A stretch of 64,000 bases of DNA from Ruminococcaceae bacterium UBA1730 (GCA_002315935.1 DCII01000017.1:10999-74998); one strand, 5' to 3'; shown: positions 29,318 to 39,596, counted from the stretch's first letter. Notes: generated from the sequence alone by a model not told the origin. Numbers and translations: made by a program.

Positions 29318-30205
29318 TTAAACCTCCTTGGATTTTTTCAGGCTTTTTGCACCTGCAGAAATTTCGGTTATCTCCTGAGTGACCGCACTCTGACGGAGAT
29401 GATTATATTTTTTTAAAAGCTCATCAATTAACGCCTGAGCGTTGTCATTCGCCGAATCCATCGCATTCATTCTTGCACTCTGTTCACAGCAGAAGCTTTC
29501 AACAAGAGCGGAATAAATAAATCCGGTGATATAGCTCGGCATAACATTTTCGAGAACCTTCAGTTCATTCGGATAAAATTCAAAGTCCTCAAATTTTTCT
29601 TCATCATTCTTAACAAAGCTGTCTCTATGAAACGGAAGAAGCCTCGAAGCCTCAACCTTGGTGTTAATTCCGTTTCCGTAATCGGTGTAGATTACAAAAA
29701 GCTTTCTGAATTCGCCGGAAAGAAAAGCTTCAAGAAGAGTTGAGCTGATTTTTCTTGCATTGTGCATGGTCGGATTCTGTGCAGAATAAAGGAAGCTTTT
29801 TTCAATCTTAATGCTTCGGGATTCAAAATAATGTCTTCCGAATTCGCCGACCACATAAATTTTATCTCTGTCGGGATTTTCAATAAGCCTTTCAGCTTCT
29901 TTGATTACATTATGATTATATGCACCTGCAAGACCCTTATCGGCAGTTATTATCAGATAAGCATATGCACCGGGCAGAACATGATCGCCGTTCATAGGAT
30001 AAAAATACGGACTTTCAATATCGGGAGCAGTTCTGAAAACACGCTTTATTTCTTTCTTTACGGAATCGAAATAAGGCTTTGTTGAATCAAGATTCTGCTT
30101 TGCCTTTCGCATTTTTGCCGAAGCTATAAGATACATGGCGTTGGTAATCTTCTGCGTATCCTTAACCGAATTTATTCTGTTTTTAATTTCTTTAAGATTT
30201 GCCAT
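29318..30205 (-). CDS. atpG: ATP synthase F1 gamma
   Basis: ITNAMYLIASAK, ITADKGLAGAYN, EQSARMNAM, RQSAVTQEITEI. Confidence 0.96.
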   Translation of the reverse strand: MANLKEIKNRINSVKDTQKITNAMYLIASAKMRKAKQNLDSTKPYFDSVKKEIKRVFRTAPDIESPYFYPMNGDHVLPGAYAYLIITADKGLAGAYNHNVIKEAERLIENPDRDKIYVVGEFGRHYFESRSIKIEKSFLYSAQNPTMHNARKISSTLLEAFLSGEFRKLFVIYTDYGNGINTKVEASRLLPFHRDSFVKNDEEKFEDFEFYPNELKVLENVMPSYITGFIYSALVESFCCEQSARMNAMDSANDNAQALIDELLKKYNHLRQSAVTQEITEISAGAKSLKKSKEV

Positions 30206-30219
30206 GCTGTCACATCATT

Positions 30220-31941
30220 TCATCGAAGCGTTATGAAATCCTTTGCAAGCGAAACGATTGATTTTTTATCTTCATCCGAAAGAATTCCGCTCTGTTCGAT
30301 TCTATCTGTTATATCGGAATGATTAGCTTCAAACCATTCATTCATTTCATTTATTCTGCCGTTCAGCCTGTCAAGCGGAACATCATTGAAAACCTTTGAA
30401 AGAACGGCAATCAATGTAATAACCTGCCTGTGAACGGGCATCGGTTTATACTGCGGCTGACGGAGCATATATGTCAGAACCTGACCGTATTTCAGCTGCT
30501 CAAGTGTTGCATCATCAAGGTCACTTGAAAACTGAGTGAAAACTTCCATTTCCTTATATTGCGAAAGGTCAAGCTTTATCGTTCCCGAAGCCTTTTTCAT
30601 CGCCTTTGTCTGTGCAGCTCCGCCGACACGGGAAACGGAAAGACCGACATTGACCGCAGGTCTCTGACCGTCAAAGAAAAGCTCGCTTTCAAGAAAAATC
30701 TGACCGTCTGTTATGGAAATAATATTTGTGGGGATATATGCAGAAACATCGCCCGATTGTGTTTCAACAATCGGAAGAGCGGTCATGCTTCCACCGCCCT
30801 TTTCATCGCTGAGATTTGCAGAGCGTTCAAGAAGCCTTGAATGAAGGTAGAAAACATCTCCGGGATAAGCTTCTCTGCCGGGTGACCTTTCAAGAAGAAG
30901 GCTTAGGGTTCTGTATGCGGCGGCGTGCTTTGATAAATCATCATAAACGATAAGAACATCCTTGCCCTTATTCATGAAATATTCTCCGAGAGAGCATCCC
31001 GAATAAGGAGCAATATATTGAAGAGGAGCAGAGTCGGAAGCAGAAGCATTGACAACAATCGTATAATCCATTGCTCCGAATTTTCTGAGCTTTGTAACAA
31101 GAGAAGCAACCGAGCTTGATTTCTGACCGATTGCAACATAGATGCAGATAACATCCTTGCCCTTCTGATTGATTATCGCATCAACCGCAATTGCGGTTTT
31201 TCCGGTCTGACGGTCTCCGATAATAAGCTCACGCTGACCCTTACCAACAGGAAACATGGAATCAATCACAAGAAGTCCCGTCTGAATTGGGCTGTCAACA
31301 GGCTTTCTGTCAACAATTCCGGGGGCAGGACCTTCAATCGGATAATAGTCAGCTTCCTTGATTTCACCTGCTCCGTCAATCGGCTTTCCGAGAGAATCAA
31401 CTACCCTGCCGATAAAGCCTTCACCAACGGGAATGCCTGCCGTTTTGCCTGTCCTTCTGACAAGACTACCTTCGGAAACGGACTCATCTTCGTCAAAAAG
31501 AATACAGCCGACTTCATTTTCACGAAGCTCCTGAACCATTCCACGAACGCCAGATTCAAAAATAAGAATTTCTCCGAAGGTTGCATTTTCAAGCCCGTCA
31601 ACATAGGCAATGCCGTCACCGACAGATAAAACTCTTCCTATTTCTTCGGCAACTGCTTCGGGAACAAATTTCTCAAGCTTATCCTTCAGAAGAGGAATAA
31701 CATTTTCTTTTGATGAAACTGATTTTATTGCAGAATTAAGCTGACGAAGCATCCCTTCGCCGCTCCAGTCAAAAACATCAGATTCAATTTCAAGCCTGAA
31801 GCCTTTTTTGATTGAGGCATCATGCTTCCATATCAGCTTATAATCAGCATGATACTTTTCACGGAAGAATTCGATAAATCTTTTTTCCTGAACGCTGTTC
31901 GGAGCAACATCCGAAAAAAGAACGGCAATTTTATTATTCAT
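30220..31941 (-). CDS. atpA: ATP synthase F1 alpha with N-terminally fused delta (OSCP) C-terminal domain
   Basis: GDRQTGKT, PGREAYPGD; about 95-aa N-terminal extension. Probable start MNNKIA at 31941 overlaps the atpF stop. Confidence 0.95.
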   Translation of the reverse strand: MNNKIAVLFSDVAPNSVQEKRFIEFFREKYHADYKLIWKHDASIKKGFRLEIESDVFDWSGEGMLRQLNSAIKSVSSKENVIPLLKDKLEKFVPEAVAEEIGRVLSVGDGIAYVDGLENATFGEILIFESGVRGMVQELRENEVGCILFDEDESVSEGSLVRRTGKTAGIPVGEGFIGRVVDSLGKPIDGAGEIKEADYYPIEGPAPGIVDRKPVDSPIQTGLLVIDSMFPVGKGQRELIIGDRQTGKTAIAVDAIINQKGKDVICIYVAIGQKSSSVASLVTKLRKFGAMDYTIVVNASASDSAPLQYIAPYSGCSLGEYFMNKGKDVLIVYDDLSKHAAAYRTLSLLLERSPGREAYPGDVFYLHSRLLERSANLSDEKGGGSMTALPIVETQSGDVSAYIPTNIISITDGQIFLESELFFDGQRPAVNVGLSVSRVGGAAQTKAMKKASGTIKLDLSQYKEMEVFTQFSSDLDDATLEQLKYGQVLTYMLRQPQYKPMPVHRQVITLIAVLSKVFNDVPLDRLNGRINEMNEWFEANHSDITDRIEQSGILSDEDKKSIVSLAKDFITLR

Positions 31942-32425
31942 CCTTGCCACTTCCTTCGGCGTTATCAAGGAATTTATCGAAAGCCTCCGAGGTGTCGGAG
32001 AAAACTATTTTTTCTGCGGCAGACGAAACCATATCCGTAATTTCGGAATTCGCCTGTGAAAAAATCGAATCTCTTTCGATTTTTGCCTGAGCTACTGCCT
32101 TGGCAACAATGCCGTCAGCCTGCTCCCTTGCCTTTTCTATTCTTGCAGAATTTTCTGCTTCAAGAATTTTATTCGCCTCAGCCTTTTTTAATTCTATCTC
32201 TTTATCGACCGAAGAAAGCTTTTCGTTATATTCTTTCAGAAGCCTGTCCGCATCAGAAAGCTTTTCATTTGCCTTATCGTCCATTTCTTTATAAAAATCT
32301 TCTCTTTTATCAATAAATGATTTTACGGGCTTGTAAAGAAGAAAATAAAGAATTACAAACAGAAGAAAAGAATTGAAAATGTGAAGCAGAACCTGCTGAA
32401 AATCTATGTTAAGCGGTAAATTCAC
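31934..32425 (-). CDS. atpF: ATP synthase Fo subunit b
   Basis: One TM helix, LYKPVKSFIDKR, then a charged coiled coil. Confidence 0.93.
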   Translation of the reverse strand: MNLPLNIDFQQVLLHIFNSFLLFVILYFLLYKPVKSFIDKREDFYKEMDDKANEKLSDADRLLKEYNEKLSSVDKEIELKKAEANKILEAENSARIEKAREQADGIVAKAVAQAKIERDSIFSQANSEITDMVSSAAEKIVFSDTSEAFDKFLDNAEGSGKDE

Positions 32426-32444
32426 TTAAATCAATCCTTCCGGT

Positions 32445-32822
32445 TTATAATACAAAGATAATTAGAATCGCAACAATAAGTGCATAAATTATAGCCGTTT
32501 CAATGAAGACAAGACCGAGCATAAGGCTTGTTCTGATATTGCCTGCGGCTTCAGGCTGGCGGGCAATACCGTCTGATGATTTTGAAATAGCTATCGCCAT
32601 TCCGATTGCACCGGCCGCCGCAACAACGGCAATGCAGATTCCTGCGGCAATGGCTTTGGTTGATATTGTCTTTTCCTTCGCAACCTCAACCGCATCATCA
32701 GTTTGTTCTGCGGCTGTTGCTTCGGCGGAAGCTGCTTCGTCGGCAAACGCAGGAGCGGCTACCGAAAAGACAACAAGTGACATAATAAGAACTGCTAATA
32801 AAATTTTAACTGTATTTTTCAT
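32445..32822 (-). CDS. atpE: ATP synthase Fo subunit c with predicted N-terminal signal peptide
   Basis: RQPEA loop and FIET carboxylate; about 50-aa N-terminal extension MKNTVKILLAVL...APAFA|DEAA. Confidence 0.93.
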   Translation of the reverse strand: MKNTVKILLAVLIMSLVVFSVAAPAFADEAASAEATAAEQTDDAVEVAKEKTISTKAIAAGICIAVVAAAGAIGMAIAISKSSDGIARQPEAAGNIRTSLMLGLVFIETAIIYALIVAILIIFVL

Positions 32823-32843
32823 TTTGAATACCTCCGAAAATTT

Positions 32844-33668
32844 TTAATTTTTCTTTTTTGACGGTTCCGACACTTCGCCGTAGAAAAGAGCTGTGAGCAT
32901 CGTCAAAACATAAGCCTGAATAAGTGCATGAAGAAGAGTGAACATTACTCCGACAAAAACCGGAAGAACAAAGCTTAAGGATAAATAATAATATACAAGC
33001 TCCGTAACAAGTGCACCGCTGAGCAAGGCACCGAAAAGACGGAAGCTCATTGAAATCGGCAGGGAAAAATCCTTGAGGGTGTTTCCCAGTCCCTTGAAGC
33101 CGTTTCCGACTATGCCGCCCGAAAGAATTATCGTGTAGGACAAAACGCCGAGACCTATTGCTCCGTTTATATCCGAAAGCGGAGCAGGAAGAGTGACCGA
33201 TGCTCCTTCTGTTGTTACTGCCTGAAAACCGAGCATTTCAAACATCGTGCTCATAAATATATATGCTCCGGCTGTGAAAACATATGCTCCGAGAAACCCG
33301 TTCCTGTGAGGACTGTTTGACCTTGCAAGTCCGTCAAATAAACCGACACCCTGTTCAAGAAGAAGCTGAAATCTGCCCGGTATGATTGTGAATTTCGGAA
33401 TAACAAAAATTCTTACAATCAACGCAAAAACAAAAAGAATTGCCGTTACGCAGAATGCGGAAACAAGTCCCGGATTTACCTCGACAACGCCGAAAAGGTT
33501 AATCTTCGCCGATTCATGAAGAACAGCATCAAGCATTATCTCCTGAATTGTTTCTTCCTTTTGATACATTCCGTCAGTCAGAATTATTCCGGCAAGAAGC
33601 ATTGCCCCGATAACGGAGAAAATAATAATACTTCTTGTTCTTTTCTTTCTACTCATTGTGCCGATCAT
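32844..33668 (-). CDS. atpB: ATP synthase Fo subunit a
   Basis: PGRFQLLLE, SMSFRLFG (essential Arg), LIQAYVLTMLT. Confidence 0.93.
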   Translation of the reverse strand: MIGTMSRKKRTRSIIIFSVIGAMLLAGIILTDGMYQKEETIQEIMLDAVLHESAKINLFGVVEVNPGLVSAFCVTAILFVFALIVRIFVIPKFTIIPGRFQLLLEQGVGLFDGLARSNSPHRNGFLGAYVFTAGAYIFMSTMFEMLGFQAVTTEGASVTLPAPLSDINGAIGLGVLSYTIILSGGIVGNGFKGLGNTLKDFSLPISMSFRLFGALLSGALVTELVYYYLSLSFVLPVFVGVMFTLLHALIQAYVLTMLTALFYGEVSEPSKKKN

Positions 33669-33770
33669 CTCCCTTCAAAATAAAGATAACCATGTAAACG
33701 AATGTATATTATACTCAAAAAAACGAAAAATTCAATACTTAACAAAAAAATTTTTTGTGTCAAATCAGAA

Positions 33771-33801
33771 TAATATCCCCACCTGTTAAGCGGGGATATT
33801 A
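33771..33801 (-). terminator. Terminator after cotJC
   Basis: taatatcccc/ggggatatta inverted repeat. Confidence 0.6.
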
Positions 33802-33812
33802 TTGCGGTTACT

Positions 33813-34421
33813 TTATTTATTACATTTAATATCAAATGCCGGATTGAAAGCGTAAAAATTCTGAGAATCAAGTCTGTCGGTTGCAAGGCGTAAGCCCTCG
33901 CCGAAACGCTGAAAATGAACTATTTCTCTTTCACGCAGGAATTTTATAGGCTCTCTGACATCGGGGTCATCAACAAGGCGAAGAATATTATCGTAGGTTG
34001 TTCTTGCTTTCTGTTCAGCGGCAAGGTTTTCGGTAAGGTCGGTTATAACATCGCCCTTGCTCTGAAGATATGCCGCAGTAAACGGAACGCCCGAAGCGGC
34101 GGAAGGATAAACACCCGTTGTATGGTCAACAAAATAAGCGTCAAAGCCCGACTTCTTTATTTCGTCTTCTGTGAGATTTCTTGTCAGCTGATAAACAATC
34201 GCTCCAATCATTTCAAGGTGACCCAGCTCTTCCGTTCCGATGTCAGTCAAAAGACCCTTAAGCTCGTTATACGGCATCGAAAATCTCTGGCTTAAATATC
34301 TCAGCGAAGCTCCGAGCTCGCCATCCGGACCGCCATATTGAGAAATAATAATTTTTGCGTAAACGGGATTTGGATTTTTTATTCTTACGGGATACTGTAA
34401 TTTCTTTTCATAACTAAACAT
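33813..34421 (-). CDS. cotJC: Spore coat protein CotJC (manganese catalase family)
   Basis: QYGGPDGELGASLRYL, DIGTEELGHLE, AAEQKAR, REREIVHFQRF; start MFSYEK at 34421. Confidence 0.95.
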   Translation of the reverse strand: MFSYEKKLQYPVRIKNPNPVYAKIIISQYGGPDGELGASLRYLSQRFSMPYNELKGLLTDIGTEELGHLEMIGAIVYQLTRNLTEDEIKKSGFDAYFVDHTTGVYPSAASGVPFTAAYLQSKGDVITDLTENLAAEQKARTTYDNILRLVDDPDVREPIKFLREREIVHFQRFGEGLRLATDRLDSQNFYAFNPAFDIKCNK

Positions 34422-34684
34422 CAGCAGCCACACTCCTCGTTCTCCCAGGGCCACGGTCCCTTGAGCCATTCAACGCCTTCGGCAGTCTCCGGCGAGAGAT
34501 AATAATATTTATCTTCAAAATCATTTTTCATAACCGAATATTTCATTCTGCATTTGTTATATTTTTCAACCATCCTCAGGTCATCCGGGTGAGTGTCAAG
34601 ATACAGGTGCATTTCCCACAAAACAAATTCCTGTGCACTCAGGTTCTTCAATGCGTTGTTTCTGTTATTCATATTCATCTGCAT
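34421..34684 (-). CDS. cotJB: Spore coat protein CotJB
   Basis: LYLDTHPDD and WLKGPWPWE. Confidence 0.92.
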   Translation of the reverse strand: MQMNMNNRNNALKNLSAQEFVLWEMHLYLDTHPDDLRMVEKYNKCRMKYSVMKNDFEDKYYYLSPETAEGVEWLKGPWPWENEECGC

Positions 34685-34890
34685 CTCTTCCCAAGAAAAG
34701 GCTTATCGAGTGACGGAAAAAGGGTTCCGCTTTCGAGAGCTTTCATTTCGTCATAGCAATTTGTATCTGTCTGCCACGGCACATAAAGCATTGCAGGAAC
34801 CGAATCCGGCGGAAGAATTGCGTTATTCTGTTTCTTCTGCTCCGGCACTGTTCGCCTCTGATTATATCTGTAATCTTGCAGAATAATCAT
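34675..34890 (-). CDS. cotJA: Spore coat-associated protein CotJA
   Basis: AMLYVPWQ, ALESGTLFPSLDKPF; start at 34890 after AAAGGA. Confidence 0.9.
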   Translation of the reverse strand: MIILQDYRYNQRRTVPEQKKQNNAILPPDSVPAMLYVPWQTDTNCYDEMKALESGTLFPSLDKPFLGKRCR

Positions 34891-34924
34891 TCCTTTCGTT
34901 GAATTTGAGGTTATCCTCTTTGAC

Positions 34925-34951
34925 ATTTTATGCCAAAATGAAGAAATCTGT
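34925..34951 (-). promoter_or_regulatory. Putative mother-cell (sigma-K/sigma-E-type) promoter of cotJABC
   Basis: Minus strand ACA-16 nt-CATAAAAT; short consensus, so weak. Confidence 0.4.
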
Positions 34952-35034
34952 TAATTCTTTTATGCAATACTATTGACATATAAATTATTTGGTATAAAAT
35001 ATAAAAGTTAATAATTTAAAGAAAGGAAATAGAT

Positions 35035-36777
35035 ATGATTAAAAGGCTTTCAAAAAGCGTAAGAGAATACAAAAAGCCTGCCATAATCACCTTGTTGCTG
35101 ATAATCGGTGAAGCGGTAATTGAAACAATTATTCCATATATCACCGCCGAGCTTGTTAACAGAATCAAGGATGGCATTGATATGAATTACATAATCCGAA
35201 CGGGAATAATTCTTATCGTTATGGCTTGCCTTTCCCTTATGTGCGGCGGATTTGCAGGCTTTACCTGTGCAAACGCTTCCGCCGGTTTTGCAAAAAACTT
35301 AAGGAAGGATATTTTCGGAAAAATTCAGGGATTCACATTTCAGAATATTGATAAATTTTCTTCCGCATCCCTTGTCACAAGAATGACTACCGATGTCAAC
35401 AATGTTCAGATGTCCTTCATGATGCTTATCCGAATTGCCATCAGAAGTCCGCTCATGCTCATTTTCTCGGTTGTTATGGCATTCATTATGGGCGGTAAGC
35501 TCGCCGCAACCTTCGTTGTTATCATCCCCGTTCTGACCTTCGGACTCATTATGATTGCAAAAAAAGCAATGCCTGCATTCAGAAGCGTTTTCAGAAAATA
35601 CGATAAGCTCAATGAATCCATTGAAGAAAATGTCAGAGCAATGAGAGTTGTCAAGGGCTTCTCAAGAGAAAACTACGAAAAGAAAAAGTTCAGGGATGCC
35701 TCCGACAACATCTGCGTTGACTTCACAAAGGCTGAAAAGATTGTTGCTCTCAACAGACCTATTATGCAGTTCTGCGTCAACTTCAACCTTGTTTTCATTC
35801 TTTATGTCGGCTCAAAAATGATTATCACGGGTGACGGTGCAAACATTGATGTCGGTCAGCTTTCGGCTATGCTCACCTACGGTTTTCAGGTGCTCATGTC
35901 ATTGATGATGCTTTCGATGATTTATGTTATGCTTACTCTTTCTGCCGAATCGGCAAAAAGAATCTGCGAGGTTCTTTCCGAAGAGCCTGCACTCACCAAT
36001 CCCGAAAATCCGATTTATGAAATCAAAGACGGTTCAATTGATTTTGACGGTGTTAGCTTCAAATATTTCAAGCACGCAAAGCTCAGTGCACTGCTCAACA
36101 TCGACCTTCATATTGAATCCGGAATGACAGTCGGCATTCTCGGCGGAACGGGTTCAAGCAAATCATCAATGGTTCAGCTCATTCCGAGACTTTATGACAC
36201 AACGGAAGGCGTTGTCAAAGTCGGCGGAGTTGATGTAAAAGATTATGATATTGAATCACTCAGAAGCTCGGTTGCAATGGTTCTTCAGAAAAATCTTCTT
36301 TTCTCGGGAACGATTAAAGAAAATCTGCGTTGGGGTAATGAAGATGCAACTGACGAAGAGCTGATTGAAGCCTGCAAGCTTGCACAGGCTGATGATTTCA
36401 TTCAGGCTTTCCCTGATAAATATGACACCTTTATTGAGCAGGGCGGCTCAAATGTTTCAGGCGGTCAGAAGCAGAGAATCTGCATTGCAAGAGCGTTGCT
36501 CAAAAAGCCGAAAATTCTTATTCTTGACGATTCAACAAGTGCAGTTGATATGAAAACCGATGCAAAAATCAGAGAAGGCTTCAGAAAATTCATTCCGGAA
36601 ACAACAAAGCTTATTATTGCACAGAGAATTGCATCAATTCAGGATGCCGATCTGATTATTGTTATGGATAACGGAAAGATTGTTGCAACCGGCAAGCACG
36701 ATGACCTTCTTGCATCCTGCGGAATTTATCAGGAGGTTTATGCACAGCAGACAAACGGAGGTGATTCCGATGAATGA
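35035..36777 (+). CDS. ABC exporter, fused permease/ATPase (degenerate half of a heterodimer)
   Basis: TM domain plus GGTGSSKS (degenerate Walker A), VSGGQKQR, ILDDSTS (E to D in Walker B), AQR (H to Q switch). Confidence 0.93.
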   Translation: MIKRLSKSVREYKKPAIITLLLIIGEAVIETIIPYITAELVNRIKDGIDMNYIIRTGIILIVMACLSLMCGGFAGFTCANASAGFAKNLRKDIFGKIQGFTFQNIDKFSSASLVTRMTTDVNNVQMSFMMLIRIAIRSPLMLIFSVVMAFIMGGKLAATFVVIIPVLTFGLIMIAKKAMPAFRSVFRKYDKLNESIEENVRAMRVVKGFSRENYEKKKFRDASDNICVDFTKAEKIVALNRPIMQFCVNFNLVFILYVGSKMIITGDGANIDVGQLSAMLTYGFQVLMSLMMLSMIYVMLTLSAESAKRICEVLSEEPALTNPENPIYEIKDGSIDFDGVSFKYFKHAKLSALLNIDLHIESGMTVGILGGTGSSKSSMVQLIPRLYDTTEGVVKVGGVDVKDYDIESLRSSVAMVLQKNLLFSGTIKENLRWGNEDATDEELIEACKLAQADDFIQAFPDKYDTFIEQGGSNVSGGQKQRICIARALLKKPKILILDDSTSAVDMKTDAKIREGFRKFIPETTKLIIAQRIASIQDADLIIVMDNGKIVATGKHDDLLASCGIYQEVYAQQTNGGDSDE

Positions 36778-38671
36778 AAAAAAACCTGCGTTTGACGCAA
36801 AAGCACTCAAAAGAATCATAAAACTTCTGTTTGAGTTTTATCCCGTTATGTTCCCTGCCACAATTGTCTGCATTATTTTCTCCGCAGTAACTGCTTCAAT
36901 CCCTGCTCTTTTCATCCAGAAGGTTATTGCCGTTATCGAAAAATGGGTTGAAACCCGTGACTGGATTGCCGCAAAGGCGGAAATAGTTCCGATGCTTCTT
37001 ATTCTTTGCGTTCTCTATGTTCTTTCGATTTTATCGGTCTTTATCTACACAAGACTGATGGCAGTTATAACACAGGGTTACCTCTCAAAGCTTCGTTGCA
37101 AGATGTTTGACAGTATGCAGAATCTGCCGATTAAATATTTTGACACAAACAAGCACGGCGACATAATGAGCCATTACACAAATGATATTGATGCCATCAG
37201 AGAGCTTATTTCCCAGTCAATCCCCGCTCTTATCAATTCGCTGACTATCGTTCTTGCGGTTCTCGCAATTATGCTTTATTTCAGCGTTTGGCTCACCGTT
37301 ATCGTTCTTGTCGGCGTCTTCTTCATGCTTCTTGTTTCAAAGAAGGTCGGCGGCGGCTCGGCAAAATATTTTGTTAAAAATCAGATTTCCATGGGCAAAG
37401 CAGAAGGCTTTGTTCAGGAAATGATGAACGGTCAGAAGGTTATCAAGGTTTTCTGCCACGAAAAAGAATGCATGGATGAATTTGACAATGTCAACGAAGC
37501 TCTCTGCAACGATTGCAGAAAAGCACACGCCTATGCAAATGTTCTCGGACCGATTATTCAGAATATCGGCAACGTTCTTTATGTTATTATGGCAATGATC
37601 GGCGGACTTTTCATCATTCTCAAAGTTAAAAATCTAAGCTTTATGGGATACGCAACTCTTGAAATCAGCGTTCTTGTTCCGTTTCTCAATATGGTAAAGC
37701 AGTTCACAGGCAATGTTAATCAGCTTTCACAGCAGATAAATCTTATCGTTATGGCTGCGGCAGGCGGAAGCAGAATTTTCTCTCTCATGGATGAAGAACC
37801 CGAATCTGATGACGGTTATGTTACGCTCGTCAATGCCGAAATTGATGAAAACGGAAATGTTAAAGAAACCGATAAGAGAACGGGAAAATGGGCATGGAAG
37901 CATCCTCACGGTGACGGAACAACAACCTATACTCCCCTTCGTGGCGATGTCAGAATGGTTAATGTTGACTTCTCATATAAGGCGGATAAACAGATTCTTT
38001 ATGATGTTTCTGTTTACGCAGAACCCGGTCAGAAGGTTGCTTTTGTCGGTGCAACAGGTGCAGGAAAAACAACAATCACCAATCTGATTAACAGATTTTA
38101 TGACATTGAAGACGGAAAAATCCGTTATGACGGAATCAATATCAACAAAATCAGAAAATCAGATTTAAGGCGTTCCCTCGGTATAGTTCTTCAGGATACC
38201 AACCTTTTCACGGGAACGGTTATTGACAACATCCGTTACGGCAGACTCGATGCAACCGATATTGAATGCATGAAGGCCGCAGAGCTTGCAGGAGCTGATG
38301 ACTTCATAACAAGACTTCCCAACGGATACAACACGGAGCTTACCAACAACGGTTCAAATCTTTCGCAGGGTCAGCGTCAGCTCATTGCGATTGCAAGAGC
38401 GGCTGTTGCAGACCCTCCTGTTATGATTCTTGACGAAGCAACATCTTCAATTGACACAAGAACAGAAGCTATCGTTCAGCGTGGCATGGATAAGCTGATG
38501 GAAGGAAGAACGGTTTTTGTTATCGCTCACAGACTTTCAACGGTTATGAATTCCGATATAATTATGGTTCTTGACCACGGCAGAATAATCGAAAAAGGAA
38601 GCCATCAGAAGCTTATTGAAGAAAAAGGAACATATTATCAGCTGTATACCGGTGCATTTGAGCTTGAATAA
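36770..38671 (+). CDS. ABC exporter, fused permease/ATPase (consensus half)
   Basis: GATGAGKT, LSQGQRQ, ILDEATS, AHRL; start MNEKK at 36770 after GGAGG, overlapping the partner's stop. Confidence 0.93.
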   Translation: MNEKKPAFDAKALKRIIKLLFEFYPVMFPATIVCIIFSAVTASIPALFIQKVIAVIEKWVETRDWIAAKAEIVPMLLILCVLYVLSILSVFIYTRLMAVITQGYLSKLRCKMFDSMQNLPIKYFDTNKHGDIMSHYTNDIDAIRELISQSIPALINSLTIVLAVLAIMLYFSVWLTVIVLVGVFFMLLVSKKVGGGSAKYFVKNQISMGKAEGFVQEMMNGQKVIKVFCHEKECMDEFDNVNEALCNDCRKAHAYANVLGPIIQNIGNVLYVIMAMIGGLFIILKVKNLSFMGYATLEISVLVPFLNMVKQFTGNVNQLSQQINLIVMAAAGGSRIFSLMDEEPESDDGYVTLVNAEIDENGNVKETDKRTGKWAWKHPHGDGTTTYTPLRGDVRMVNVDFSYKADKQILYDVSVYAEPGQKVAFVGATGAGKTTITNLINRFYDIEDGKIRYDGININKIRKSDLRRSLGIVLQDTNLFTGTVIDNIRYGRLDATDIECMKAAELAGADDFITRLPNGYNTELTNNGSNLSQGQRQLIAIARAAVADPPVMILDEATSSIDTRTEAIVQRGMDKLMEGRTVFVIAHRLSTVMNSDIIMVLDHGRIIEKGSHQKLIEEKGTYYQLYTGAFELE

Positions 38672-38691
38672 AAACAGGCATAAAAATAGCA

Positions 38692-38726
38692 GGGGCTGTC
38701 GCATTTAGATGTGACAGCCCCATTTT
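38692..38726. terminator. Bidirectional terminator
   Basis: ggggctgtcgcat/atgtgacagcccc stem followed by TTTTT. Confidence 0.8.
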
Positions 38727-38731
38727 TGCAA

Positions 38732-39562
38732 TTATTCAATTGAAAACTCTGCATTTGCGTTTCCGCAAACAAGCTTATAATCGCCTGATTCGAGCTTTCC
38801 GAAAGCATTAAGGTCAAACTGAACCGAAACAGACGAGCTTGCAGGAACAGCAAATTCCGAAATTTCAGAGGGAGAAACAGCTTCAAGCAAAACCCATTCA
38901 TCATCAACATTTCTGAACAACTCAAATGAAGTTGAAAAGCTTCTATCCGTTGAATCGTTATTGGCTATTTCCGCATCGAGATAGCCATTATTAAGATTAT
39001 AGATGTTCAGACCGTCTTCGTTGAAAACATCCTTGATAATAACGCCTGTATTGTCGTTCTTTTCATAAGACTCAATGAGCGAAAACAATTCCGAAAGAGA
39101 GCTGTTTCTGCTCGGGATTTTTGAAGAGCTGAATGATGTTTCGTCTTTTCCGAAGGTAAAAACAAGATTATAACCGACAGAATCGGATGAAGAATATTTT
39201 CTGTTTTCATTCTTATCCCATTCAATCATTCCGTTCTGATAAAACATTTCTTCAAGCTTGTTAAGCAATTCCGATGAAGCAATATAGCTCTGTATCTTTT
39301 CTGGATTACCGCTTTTTTCGCAAAGAACGGATGTTATAACTGCATTCTCATCGTTTCTGATTACGGCTATTTTTGAATATCCGCCGTTAATATCTCCCGA
39401 TGATTCTATGCTGAAAGCCGAAATCGGGGAATCATATTTCGGAAGCTTATCGGGGTCAATAGGTTTGTGATTGAATTTAACAAAAAACATAACTACTCCT
39501 ATCGCAACAAAAAACATCACTACCGGCAAAAATTTTATCAATATTCTTTTATCAGGTTTCAT
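38732..39562 (-). CDS. Hypothetical membrane-anchored extracellular protein with C-terminal Ig-like domain
   Basis: One N-terminal TM helix; C-terminal beta-rich segment (FELFRNVDDEW...LESGDYKLV); start at 39562 after AAGGAG. Confidence 0.6.
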   Translation of the reverse strand: MKPDKRILIKFLPVVMFFVAIGVVMFFVKFNHKPIDPDKLPKYDSPISAFSIESSGDINGGYSKIAVIRNDENAVITSVLCEKSGNPEKIQSYIASSELLNKLEEMFYQNGMIEWDKNENRKYSSSDSVGYNLVFTFGKDETSFSSSKIPSRNSSLSELFSLIESYEKNDNTGVIIKDVFNEDGLNIYNLNNGYLDAEIANNDSTDRSFSTSFELFRNVDDEWVLLEAVSPSEISEFAVPASSSVSVQFDLNAFGKLESGDYKLVCGNANAEFSIE

Positions 39563-39596
39563 TTTAAAGCTCCTTAAACAAAAAAGAAAACAAAGC

